Under the pieces are notes generated by a model. The model was given only the letters and a program-made list of their open reading frames with translations. It was not told the origin of the DNA and did not search any database. The position numbers and the translations under genes were made by a program. A stretch of DNA of 64,000 bases. Source: Lingula anatina. Taxonomy: Eukaryota > Animalia > Brachiopoda. The first letter of the stretch is position 1, and each line of letters opens with the position of its first letter. This document shows, piece after piece, positions 48,008-60,413 of the stretch. Where the stretch lies: contig CM120644.1 of NCBI GenBank assembly GCA_051362555.1, positions 19,552,534 to 19,616,533 on the forward strand, read 5' to 3'.

Positions 48008-50788
48008 TGTAACGCGAGGGGTCGGGCCCGAGCAACCGCGACACCCATGCGCGGCGTGGGAACTTGGGTGTTTCTTAGGGAAAGTATATCCCTGTCCTTC
48101 AGAAATAAAGAGGCAGATTTATGTTTTAATAAATTTTATTAAACGGATAAATCGACCATAAAATTCTCAAGTCAGTGGTGATTATCACATGACTTATTGT
48201 CATAAATGTCTATAAAATTGAGAAGTTGGCGTTGCGCGTAGTGTGAGATGACATCTGAGATGGAGTCGACTTCGTTGACGGCTTTGCGTTGGATGGCATC
48301 GTTAATGGAATCGGGTAGCGTGCGATGACATCAGGCATCTCTAGTGGTAACCATGCGTAGGACGGCCTCGTTGACAGTTCGCGTTAGATGGCTGCGTTGA
48401 TGGAATTGGGAAGCGTGCGACGACATCTGGTATCTCTGGTGGTAACTACGCGAAGGACGGCCACGTTGACGGCACCGCGTTGGATGGCATCGTTGATGGA
48501 CGTCGTTGACCCTCACTTTGTTTCTTCTTGGTATCAGCTGGCTGAATAAGGTATCTGGTATTCCCAATGGGATAACTAAGGAAACTAAAATAAAAACTAC
48601 CCCCAAGTCTCATGGAGGATTTCACCGCGCACTTGGACTGGAACATCATCAACAGCACCAAGTTGCGTCTGCGCCGATGGCGCCCCGGACCCGTACGGCC
48701 TTTCACCCGAGGATGAGATGTGCACTTCTCTTCGCCATCAAAACCAGCAGCAACCTTGGCCAGGAACCTGTCAACTGCACCCCAAGCACAGCACAAAAAC
48801 AAATCTTTCCGATTTTTCAGCCTCCGCGGAATGACGTCGGAACAGTGCAAGCTGGCCTTTACAACGCGCGACTGAATGACGTTTTTCCGCGCAGGAGTAC
48901 CCCTTTCTCTTTTACACGGCCTTTCAACAGGCGTAATCTCGTTCGTCTTTCTTCGCGACTGAACAACGTTTTTCCGCAGGGGTCCTGCCTTGGTATTATG
49001 TGACGGTCGTTATTGGATTGTGACTGACATTTAAGAACATGAGATTTCAATGGAACTGAAAGATTTATATTGTTAATTCCTTTCAAAATGTCATTTAATT
49101 ATCTTAGGTGTGCTACATGTATATACTGTCGAAAGGCGTGATCATCCCGATCATAAGAACATCTCTCCTGAGGAAGCTTCCCCCGAGGGCTTATCATATT
49201 TTGTTATTCATCATTTCATTTCTCTTTGCGGATTTATCCCTAATAGTTGTATTTGATCTATCAAATCCAGTCCAATTCACAGTCGTCTCAAAAACCATTT
49301 TAAATTAATACAGATTGCTTAGAAGTCTATATTTAAAGCATGATCATTATTTCCATAAAATTGCAATGAATTATAATGAATAAGACTTGGTCAAAGGCCA
49401 TGCTGTTTGATTATTAAAAGTTTGGCCGCGGCCTTGGATATGCAACTCTGGTTGCAGCAACATAACTGACTAGCATTTAACTTGTCGCTTGTACTATAGA
49501 AATTGTTAATCACACTTGCGCTTACAAATCTGGATTTTATAGGATACGTTTTAAGGTGTCTCCGGAGTAAAAATCATTGTACTGAAATCATGATACACAG
49601 TCAGTGTTTTTTTAATTTTTTATTTTTTCAATTAATAAGGTGTATTAATAAAGATTCCTTAGTCGATCGCGATTTAGACTGCGGCAGTTTAAATAGATCT
49701 TAAGTTTATTTCACTGATGGACGTAGTGCTTATGCATTGAATCAGCGTGTGCAGTGGTGCAACCAATCTTTAACTAATAAGGGAGTTGGAAGAACCAGCG
49801 GGCGACTGTTAATCGTTCTAATATTTAATCAACACTGAGCGGAGAACAAACAAAAAAGGAAAAAGATGTGTCACTCCATGCGCTGGTGGCCGGGGAAATT
49901 TCAACAAAGCCCGACTAACAACAATGTACGTCACGGTCACCTTCAATATTTCATCCAGCTAAAAGACGAAAACAAAAATACTTTAATACCAATGTTGACT
50001 GGAGGTGCATAAGAATTTTTTTTATGAATAAGTATTGCCCCACAACTGATCGTAGTATATCCCACGATAAGATTTCGCTCGATAGACCATGTCTAGAACC
50101 ATAAGTAAACCATTAGTTCTTAACTAGCTGTCATAAAAAACCTTGCTTGAAAAACTGAATAACTATAAGACCATTGTTATTTTGCAAGGTTAAGCAGCGA
50201 TACATATGTTGATATATAGCAAACATTATCAGTATGATGTGCCGTAATACGTATATAACAGGAGTACTTTTTCTATTGATGATGATATCTTGCTCATAGT
50301 GGGTGACGAAGAGAAGGGAGGTTTAACCACGTAAGTGAAGAATCACTGCACATTAAACGTGCATCGTGTGTCCCTTTTACGCGGTTTCTGCTAATGAAAA
50401 TGTATCATATCGCAATATACTGATTTCTTCATAGAAATTCATTTTTCACATGAAAATAAGTAAATCGCCGCAAGTCAAAAACGGCTATTTTGTTTATAAG
50501 TTCTGGGCTTTGACAGAGAAGGACAGGCCTGCTTTAGATGACAGCCGGATTCGGTTGTATTTGTATGGGGATTGCTACCAGTAATTAACACAGTTTTCAC
50601 ATGAAGTACCATTGAAACACGACTCATGACTCATGAGCTGAGGTCAGTATAACAAGCAGCATGGTGGCCAATAAGCTATTTAATCTTTTATGTAACCTCT
50701 CTCCAACCGCGGTGATGAAGGCTTAAACCAAGTGTTTTGGTTTCTCACTTCTTTGTTTAAGCACAGCCCCCCCCCCCTCTTTTTTTCA

Positions 50789-50847
50789 GGACTTGGCAGC
50801 TGATGAAGGTCAGTTGTTGACCGAAAAGCGCTTTCTGCAACCAGTCC
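50789..50847 (+). ncRNA. Predicted minimal type I hammerhead ribozyme
   Basis: Stem I GGAC(U)..GCAG / CUGC..(A)GUCC; core CUGAUGA(A); stem II GGUCA-guugu-UGACC; GAAA; palindromic stem III A-AGCGCU-U; NUH triplet UUU. Confidence 0.65.
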
Positions 50848-51280
50848 AACCCCCCTTTTTTTCGTTTCACCAGCCGCACTGTGTGTATCTCGTACAGTCG
50901 ACCCTTCAGGTCAAACACATACAGAGGCGAGACACCTCTCTCACATCATACTGAGGTGAAACAACAGCCAATAATATTGAATACGGCAATAAATAGTTAT
51001 CTTACATAATTCGAATCAGAATTATAGACGGACACGTTCTATCACCGTTGTCATCTCTTCACAAACACGTGATAACGCATCTAAAGGGACTTTTATACTT
51101 CAATCTAAACTCTAACGTCCCAAAAACAATCTCAAAGCTTTTAACGAGGGGCGCTGTCAAAACACACGTCCCCAGGGGCCCAGTCCTGGATCGTGTTATT
51201 TTGATAAGAGTTAGTTGAACTAAGACATGAGCCGACAACCCCTAAACAACGAATATTAAATCGCAACTACAAAGGGGAGG

Positions 51281-51783
51281 ATGTGGTGTGGTGTGAAGAT
51301 AGCCACAGAGACAGAGTACAAAGTATATGTACAGGAAAAACGAGAGGATGAAGACAGTAAGTGTTTTTATTCCTTTTGTTATTTTCATAATATTCATTTA
51401 TTTTCATTTTTAATAATTGATTATCAATGTGTGTTGATAAATTACCAAGTCTTTAATTTTATTACATTCTCCATTTCTGTTGTAATGGTAGGCTACATGC
51501 ATTCTTGTAATTCTCAATCCTGATACTTGGTCTGAATTTTTTTTAGTCAGACATGCTGTTCCCTTTACCAAGTTATGTTTAATACGTTATTACACATTAT
51601 ATTTTGATATTATTTCGTTATATCTTCACAGAAACCGTTAAGAAGGACACCGCACTGGAAAAAAAGGAAAGGGCGATAGCAGCACTGAACAAGGGGAAGA
51701 CGTTGAAAGGGGCAACGGCAGAAATATCTGACGCGGGGGTCTGCCAGGCTAAAGGAGTGCTCAAGTTGATGTGTGGAAAATAA
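51281..51783 (+). CDS. Putative spliced 75-aa ORF of unknown function inside the 7.1-kb element
   Basis: Exon 51281-51356, GTAAGT...CACAG AT-rich intron, exon 51632-51783 joined in frame. Confidence 0.3.
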
Positions 51784-53089
51784 TTTACACGCAAGGGCGA
51801 TTTGATGTGTGGAAAATAATTTACACGCAAGGACGATTAGAGACCAAAGTTGTAGATTAGATAATATCACAGTATTCATCAATGTTAATATATCTCCTTT
51901 ACGGTGATTGATTTTTACTTACTGTTTTTATATATATTGTTATTATAATGAGATCAGTACTTCTTCTATTTGAACATATATTTGTATGTTATTTTGCTGT
52001 GATCCCAAGTAAACTTATATGTTTTAATTCAGGCCCAGTCTTGAAAGTCCAATTGGGGAGGGGAATGACCACAGTACGCGGGAAGCTAAATCATCAATGC
52101 ACAAATTACAGTGTACTATTATCTCACTGATAGTAGGCATTTAAAAAATATCCTGAAAATCACGTATCACCGGGTATAATGTCTTCGTTTCACGAAGGGC
52201 GGTGAATAAATAATTGCATTCACAAGTCGCGAGAATGGGGTGCTTCACGAATCACGCTAAATAAGATGAACGTTTCACAAACCTCAAGAAATAAATAGCT
52301 GTTTTTTCTACAGATTTATTCTGAAAGTAAATTTTTCTCTTAGGATTTGAGCAGCATTTATTTGATTTAATACTTTAAGTTAGTCGGATATTTCAGGTAC
52401 ATAATGTGTTGCGTTTCTCTTGTTATTTTATTTCTTTAGCCTACGCATTTTGTAGGGGTTTTGGTGACAATATTTAATCTTTCCTTGGAAGGTAGGCTTC
52501 ATCGCCTTACTCAATGTGAACAAAAATACCTAATGAGTGTAATTCTTAAAACGGGGTCGGGCAATTAGGGCACACATAATTGGCATGTTATTTATTCTCT
52601 GCAAATACATTAAGTCGATGGATAAGTAGTAGTCGTTTTCGTTTTCATCATATGTTTACCAGATGTCAGATAAATAATGGAAAAAGCCTGACTATTTATG
52701 TATCTGTGACGTTCCTATAATTGTACTTTTGTTTAGATTTTGTTCTGGAAAGTCGTATTTAAATGAGGTTCGTATTTATTTGCGTAATTATTTTACTAGG
52801 TAAATTTTTTAATGGTATTCGCTATTGTTTAGGGTGTGCGTATAATGAGAGTACAAAATAATACATTAGTGTAAGATTACTTTCCACTTGTGAAATAAAG
52901 TAGCTGTGTTGCGCTTTATAAACATAATTCCCACTGCATTGTAATGGTTATTGATGTTTTTTGCAATAAATTACTATAAATGAAAATTCACAGGCCTTCC
53001 TCTCATAAAATGAAATGCTACATGAATTTGAAACATTATCAGTGCTATAAGTAATTGAAATAACTATAATCGTCCATATTTGATTAGAT

Positions 53090-53990
53090 AAGGGTAGTAA
53101 AGACTTACCTAAAATTGCCTTTATTTGATCGGAAAAGGGTTATAATGGCGTACCTCATATCGCATTTACTTCATCGGAAAAGGGTTATAAAGACGTGTCA
53201 AAAATCGCCTATATTTGATCGGAAAGGAGTTGTAAAGAGGTTGTTTTTAGACGCCTATACTTGATCGGAAAGACGTAGTAATAGTGCAACTACAATTTTA
53301 AGCTTAGGCATAAAAGGGTAGTAAACCCGTAGACCCTGACCTTTCCGGTAGAGCTTTACACCGTTGAAAAGGCTTGTAAAGAGAATATTCAGACCCATTT
53401 CCTGAAGAGTAAAAGAGCTGAAAATTGACTTTTTGTGCTGTGAAGGTCTTGGCCAGGAACTTGTCAACTGCAGCCAAGGGACCAATTCCTACATGCTGGA
53501 ACCCCTCCTCACCAGGAAAAACACCTCCATATTCAGTCAGCCAACTGTCCACTTAAAAACTTAATAATTGCTAGGAGCACTTATATTAAAGAGAGGGTGC
53601 TGCCCTCTAAAAACTCACTGATCTAACTTTGTAAAACCATAGCTAAATAAGCTTGCCAATCACCTTATTTGTTAAAAGCATAAACCACTTGACTTCGGTA
53701 ACTTAACGAATTCTCTGACCTTAGCACTTTATTAAAGAGAGGGTGCCACTCTCTGAAAAGCTCACAAATCTAACCTTGTATGACCATAGTTACATAAGCT
53801 TGCCAGTCGCCTTACTTGATAAAGGCATAAACTTGGCGGTATAAGTCCACCCTTCTAATTAGGTAACTTAATGAATTCTCTGACCTTAGCACTTTATTAA
53901 AGAGAGGGTGCCACTCTCTGAAAAGCTCACAAATCTAACCTTGTATGACCATAGTTAAATAAGCTTGCCAGTCGCCTTACTTGTTTAAAA
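53090..53990. repeat. Internal tandem duplications (~45-50-bp TTGATCGGAAA units; ~150-180-bp AGCACTTTATTAAAGAGAGGGTGC units x3)
   Basis: Direct reading. Confidence 0.8.
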
Positions 53991-54079
53991 CTCAGAAACT
54001 AGTGGTAATTAATCTAACGAGCACATGCCGGTAAATTTTAAATGACCCAAACATTAAAGATAATCGGTTTCCATATAGT

Positions 54080-54675
54080 AATAACCCCTTAAGGTAACTC
54101 GAGATAACTTGTCCTCTTATAGAGATAACCCCTTAAGATAACTTAAGATAACCTACAGAGATAACCTAAGATAAGCTTTGATCTCATAGAGATAACCCAT
54201 TAAGATAACCTGAGATAACCTATAGAGATAACCTAGGATAACATGTTCTCTTATAGAGATAACCTGTTAAGATAACTTAAGATAACCTATAGAGATAACC
54301 TAAGATAACCTTTGATCTTATAGAGATAACCCATTAAGATAACCTAAGATAACCTATAGAGATAACCTAAGATAACATGTTCTCTTATAGAGATAACCTG
54401 TTAAGATAACTTAAGATAACCTATAGAGATAACCTGAGATAACCTTTGATCTTATAGAGATAATCCATGAAGATAACCTGGGATAACCTTTGATCTTATA
54501 GAGATAACCCATTAAGATAACCTAGGATAACCTGTAGAGATAACCTAAGATAACATGTTCTCTTATAGAGATAACCTGTTAAGATAACTTGAGATAACCT
54601 ATAGAGATAACCTGAGATAACCTTTGATCTTATAGAGATAACCCATGAAGAGATAACTTATAGAGATAACCCATT
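54080..54675. repeat. GAGATAACC/AAGATAACC minisatellite
   Basis: Dozens of AGATAAC units. Confidence 0.95.
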
Positions 54676-55642
54676 ACCCCCGCGGGGGCACCCTCTAAAT
54701 AAAATCTAACTCACTGGTACTAAAGGCTGTTGATTCTAATTCTGTCGAAAGTGGAGTCAGCTTTTCGAAGAACCCACGCTTTGGCTCTGCAGCCCTATTT
54801 ATAGACTCCGTTACGTCATGCTCGCGTTGCGGTCAAAGGTCGAAGGTCGTGACCTAACAGCATGGCCGCTCTGCATGGAAGTGTCACTAACTTGTGTATT
54901 GTAGATTTAGCGCCGTATTTCCATTATTTGGGATTTAAATGAAGAATTAACCTATGGGTTTAGTTGGATAAACTCCAGAACATATGTCTCTAAGGAAAAA
55001 CGAAGTCTTAGGTAAGATTTAATGTAAAGTTATTGAAGAAAAGTAGATTCCGGTCATAGCAGACGATCGTGCAGCACATGTTTACATTGTTTCTAATGAT
55101 TTTAAATAGCAGATTCGTGGCTTCTGTGACCCCCTTTGTTACAATATAAATAAAAATTAAGAAGAAGAGGAGAAAGAAAAAAACTATTTATCATTGTAAA
55201 AAAAACTTTCAGCAGATAAAATTCACTCAGTATTATAATTTATTTATATTAATTTATTTTCAAAAATAAAATTGCCATACGTTCTGAATAATGTATCAAA
55301 ATGTCATTTTTGTCACCTCCTAATAATGAAAAAATATAATGCATTCGTGTGAACAGCATTCACGGATAAGAGTTCAATTTCATAATCGTCAGGGTCCGAA
55401 GACGCACCAAAGCCGCCTCCGATAGCCATACGCTGTTAGGAGACGTTATTCAAAGTAAATTTATTCTCAGATATAAGGTTTGTTTTGGTTAACTCCTAAG
55501 GGTTTATCTTACATAGAAGTGTGATTTAACGAGGGCGTCCGTTGATTGATTGAGACTCAGGGTCTTTTCTGACTGGATGAAATTTATTTGGAGACTAGGA
55601 TTTAAGGTGTGAGGTTGTCTCCTAGTCCTCGTGAGGGTGGTA

Positions 55643-56833
55643 CGGTAAAGTCTTGAAAATTTCGTCGTTCTTGAAAATTTCGTTGGCAGAAGATTTTCCG
55701 CCGACGTAATTTTTTTCCCTTTGAAAACTTCGTCGACCTTAAAAATGAGGTAATCGATAATTTTTGAAAAGTTCGTCACCAAATATGGCCGCGTTGTCCA
55801 GCTCAAACATGAAGGTAATGCGTCAGTTGATTCAAGACAATGATACGATCAGGATATCATTGCCGATAACACTCTCAATGGGAGATAGGAACAATAGTGC
55901 GCCCCTGCGAGCGGTTACTCACAATATAGATGGTTTAGATGTGAATTCCCGTTCTCAATTGCGGGAACGTCGGCCTTTTGTCTTTAGTTGCATTACTATT
56001 ACCTGGCTTAAGGTGCCTTATCAAGCCGGCAAATAGAAGTCACAGGCCGCGGCTTTGTCATTTGTAACGCCGTTATTGTTATCGGCGGCTGTCCTAAATG
56101 AGGAAGACACAATGAAAAAATCAAGATATTATCTCGAAGTGAAATGTACCCGTCACTGCTATTCATGTCCATGTTCAATTTAGGACCATTTAACGATTAC
56201 CTGGCTCGTACATGGAGATCGTTCGCAATGCGAATGGGACGAGATGGCAATTTTCATGTCTTCAGCGGAGAATCGTTCGCGTAATATCGTCAACAGATCG
56301 TTCGCGATCCAAACGAGACGAGAAGATAATTTTCATATTTGTAGCGGACTCCGTTCGCATAAGATCATCAGCGGGAGATCGTTTGCGATTAGAGAGAGAT
56401 GAAAAGGCAATCTTCATATCTTCAGCGGGAGATCGTTCGCGATGTAAGCGAGAATAAAATGCACTTATCATATTTGTTCAAAGGAACTTCGTTTGTGGAA
56501 GATCGTCAGCAGGAGATCATTATTTTAACCCCCCCCTCCCCCTTTGAATTTTATAAATAATATATATTTTTCATTTTATCTTTAACCCCCCCTTCCCCCG
56601 CTCACGGCATATCTTCAGCGGAGAATCGATCGCGTAATATCATCAAGACTTTGTTCGCGTAAGATCGTCAGAGGGAGATCGTTCGCGATCCGAGGGAGAC
56701 GAAAAGGCAATTTGCATATCATCATCGGGAGATCGTTCGCGATGTACGCAAGAATGAAATGCAATTTTCATAATAGTTCAAGGGATTTAGGGAACTTTGT
56801 TCGCGGAAGATCGTCAGCGGGAGATTATTTAAC

Positions 56834-56879
<46 letters not shown>

Positions 56880-58029
56880 ATTCATTTTCATTTGATGTTT
56901 AATCCGCCCCCCTTCCCCCGCTCACGGTATATATTCGGCGGAGAATCGTTCGCGTAATATCCTCAGGACTTTGTTCGCGTAAGATCATATCAGAGGGAGA
57001 TCGTTCGCGATCCTGGCTTGACGTAAAGGCAATTTTCATATCTTCATCGGAAGATTGTTCGCGATGTAAGCAATAATAAAATGCAGTTTTCATATTAGTT
57101 CAAGGAACTTAGTTTGCGATCGTCAGCGGGAGATCATTATTTTAAACTCGTCTCCCCCTTTGAATATTATAAATAATATATATATTTAGTTTTATTTTTA
57201 ACCCCCCACTTCCCCGCTCACGGCATATCTTCGGCGGATAATCGTTTGCGTACTATCGTCAGGACTTTGTTCGCTTAAAATCATCATTTGGAGATCGTCT
57301 GCAATGTAAGCAAGAATGAAATGCAATTTTCATATTAGTTTAAGGGATTTAGGGAACTTCGTTCGTGGAAGATCGTCAGCGGGAGATCGTTCGCGATCCT
57401 TGCTAGAGGAATAGGCAATTTTCACATCTTCATCGGGAGATTGTTCGCGATGTAAGCAATAAAAAATGCAGTTTTCACATTAGTTCAAGGAACTTAAATT
57501 GCGGAAGATCGTCAACGGGAGATCATTATTTTAACTCCCTGTAAATTTTTAGGAAGTTACAGATGGTAATTTAAGAAGGCCTGACACTCAATCCTGGGAA
57601 AAGCCCTGCATGCAACAAACGTTCCCAAGTGCGTAATTTTTTTTAACATGTCGCGTCCAGGTTATGATGCAAGGTTGCAATTAGGCTTATCTTGATCCTT
57701 CTCCTCTATCAGGAGGTATGTTTCTTACCGAGAAAATAATTCTCAACATGTTTTCGGGTACAGTAAGTTAAATATAACTTAATCGAGATGCACTAATAAA
57801 TAGATTATTATTTACCACCAGAAAATGACTTAAGAAGTAGTAATAAATATCCCACCATAAAGGAAGGTCAAAGATAACAGTCGCTAAGGATAAAAGCCCA
57901 AAGGCCGGATTTTTGAAAATTTCGTCATACCCAGGAGTCGGGGAGAGGTAATTTTGAAAAATTAGTCGGATTTACACAATTAAAAATATTAATTAATTTT
58001 TAAGCGACGAAATTTTCAAGACTTTACCG
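55643..58029 (-). mobile_element. Copy 2 (inverted) of the TA-TSD CGGTAAAG element
   Basis: TA|CGGTAAAGTCTTGAAAATTTCGTC...CTTTACCG|TA. Reverse complement of 30517-33168 with deletions in the internal array. Confidence 0.9.
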
Positions 58030-58031
58030 TA

Positions 58032-59370
58032 TTGATTTTAGGAGGGCCGCTGTTGCTTAGTTTTTGGCTAGGCGGCTAGTATTTTTCATCCTAATGACTC
58101 GCAACTTTTAACAAGGTTTAAGATAGATGGTACAGCAGATGTGATTCTAGTTCTGTTAAGTTAGACCCAAGTGGTGTTAAGACCGAGTGAGTATCCTGCG
58201 ACTTCTTTATTTTTTAATGTTTTCTTTATTAGTTATATTTGGGCTTCTCGCCCTAGGGTCATGATTTCTTTCAAAGTAAAGAGAGGGTTTCTCGCCCTTG
58301 GGATGGGACAAAAGAGTGGTCTTGTGGCTTGTTTATTTATTACAATATATATATATATATGAATATTATGGTATTGCTTTTCCTGAGCATGTGTGTAGCC
58401 CTGAAAAGGGCTGTATTAAATTTGTGTTGCTGGCTCATTTGAGGCACTTCAGGGTGGCAGCTGTGCGGCGTTTTGCTTTAGTCGATGTGAAGATCTTCTT
58501 CTTCTTGGATTCCATTGTTAAAAGCAGAGTGCGGACCTGTTCCAGTAGATCTGGGTTGGTGTTGGGAGTCGGTTGAGGGCTGGCGTTGATTTCGTACGTC
58601 CCATGCATTTTAAAGAAGGCCTCTGCCTTGCTTTCGCGGGCTAGGGCTTCTTCATGGTTCTCCTTGGCCTTTTTCACAAAATACTCTATGTGGAGTTCGA
58701 TTGTATGCTTGATCTGCAGCCTTGTTCTGGATTTCAATTAGCTTGGTGGTGAGAGCTTCGTGGCCAGGACATCCTTTAAAATCTATCCTGGCTCTGACTT
58801 TGTGTGTTCCCCTTTCTTGTTGCCGGTTTATGTGGTTCACCCTCTCTGTACATCCTGTGATGTACTGTTTAGTTTCCATCACCTCCTCGTAATGTGGGTT
58901 ATTAGAGTCGCGTGGGGAACTCAAAGGTGCGGGTCGCTTGGGTTTGGGCAGAATGCCTTTTGGCGGTCCTGTTTTGTGCCATTTCTGAGAGTCATGTTGT
59001 CTTGGTTTCGGCCACTGGTGGTTCTCTCTGTTGTGTCTAAAGTTGTTGTGTTTGTAGGCGTTCTTTCTGCTTTCTGGATACTTGATGATTGATTGCCTCG
59101 AGACAGACTTATGCTTGCTTCCATGATTGTTCTCATTTTAAGTGTTCGGTGCACGGATGTTAACGACCTCCTCTGAGATTCTAAATTTTGATTTGTTAAT
59201 GTGATTTGTGCTTTGTTTGTAAGCACTTAATCCCTCTATGATTCGATTGGTGGAATTATTTTTTAGGTCGGCTGATGGGTTGGTAATTGATTGGTCATTT
59301 CTCTGAGTTGCCTCAAGATACAGTTTTCTCGAGGTCATTGGTTGTTTGTGTAAGATCTGTAAAAGGATCC
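58032..59370 (-). mobile_element. Probable retroelement (Penelope/LINE ORF1-like) 5' coding remnant; continues at 55400-55640
   Basis: Chain of overlapping A/C-rich minus-strand ORFs (59374-58435), including HINRQQERGT...; family not certain. Confidence 0.35.
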
Positions 59371-59459
59371 TCACTGTCGATCATCTCTTGCATCAGAAAA
59401 ACCCAAAAAGTCACCCCCCTCATCACTGCTAAACAAAACATCTGGGACAACATTGGCTG

Positions 59460-59880
59460 GACAGGATCCCTCCCCCTTCAACACACTGATGATCCCAGTT
59501 GTTTAGAACGACTTGACAACCATTTCGGGGCTGATATTGTTCCATGCCGACGCCACCCATGCAACAATGCCCTGTTAACTGGCCATTGACAATTTCTCAA
59601 ACTTACCCTTTGTTTCCATGGCTAACCGTTGCATGTGCTCCGTCCACATTTTCCTTAGGTGTACCTTGAACGGTCTATTCAAGGACATTTCTAGGGGCTG
59701 GGCCCTAGCTGTACAGCCCCAGGGATGACAGCCATGGTGGCATTGGCTTTGCATGCCACCTCCCTCACTTTCTCGGTTGTGTAGGCAGAAAACGCTTGCC
59801 ACAGCCCTCTCTTTTCTCGGTTGTGTGGGCAGAAAACACATCCAGGATTATTAGGGCTGGTCGTCTGTCCATGTAAGGCT
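59460..59880 (-). mobile_element. pogo-like DDE_1 transposase remnant
   Basis: AFSAYTTEKV...MAVIP.GCT..QPLEMSLNRPFKVHLRKMW...WVASAWNNISPEMVVKSF..TGI. Confidence 0.85.
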
Positions 59881-60413
59881 GCAGAATGTATCTGAGCCAT
59901 TTGTTTGAGCTGGGTGTGGGAGGTTAATAGTGGGAGTCATCTTTGGTACTAAATGTAGTGCAAATAAATGTAAGCTGTCACTCCTCCAGTGAAACTTAAG
60001 GGTGGCTTGCTAATCCCTACGTGACTTGTCATAGTTTATGACAGATATCCGTTGTTATGATTTGGCCAACTGACCTACTTTGACTGCATGCATACGCTAG
60101 ATTGTCATCAATACACCCATAGTTAACAGCTATGCCAATATGGGCGAGTTGGCTGTAGCCCATTGGATTTGATTAATGTTTTCTAACTTCGCCTTCGTGG
60201 GCGCTGGCGGTACACATGGTTTTAGTCCCGACCCGTATGTTCCTGCGGCTCCGCCGGCTCCTGCGACTCCTGCAGCTCCGCCGCCAAGTCACCGTTACCG
60301 CTTCTCCTCCTAGACGATAAGGGCCTCCATACCCATCTCTTGGATTTAGGTCACCTATAATCTCAACTCGTTCCACGTAAAATTTGGGCTTTGTCGGTAT
60401 TGGGGTCTAGGTG

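Larger units (their letters stand above)
48008..55143. mobile_element. 7.1-kb integrase-type insertion (giant solo-LTR-like or Ginger-like) with no transposase/RT ORF
   Basis: ATAT|TGTAACGCGAGGGGTC ... GACCCCCTTTGTTACA|ATAT. It splits a tandem repeat. Confidence 0.8.

Noticed and set aside
48331-49086. Overlapping 75-165-aa ORFs in the 7.1-kb element
   Set aside because: GC-richer, partly repetitive sequence open on both strands; no recognisable motifs
48008-55143. Full-length LTR retrotransposon
   Set aside because: No pair of direct LTRs, PBS/PPT or gag-pol could be found
30517-58029. A single 27.5-kb giant transposon (Polinton-like) with 2.5-kb TIRs
   Set aside because: Each arm is a complete element with its own TIRs and TA TSD. 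The right copy appears to interrupt a continuous sequence. No polB, integrase or capsid genes lie inside.
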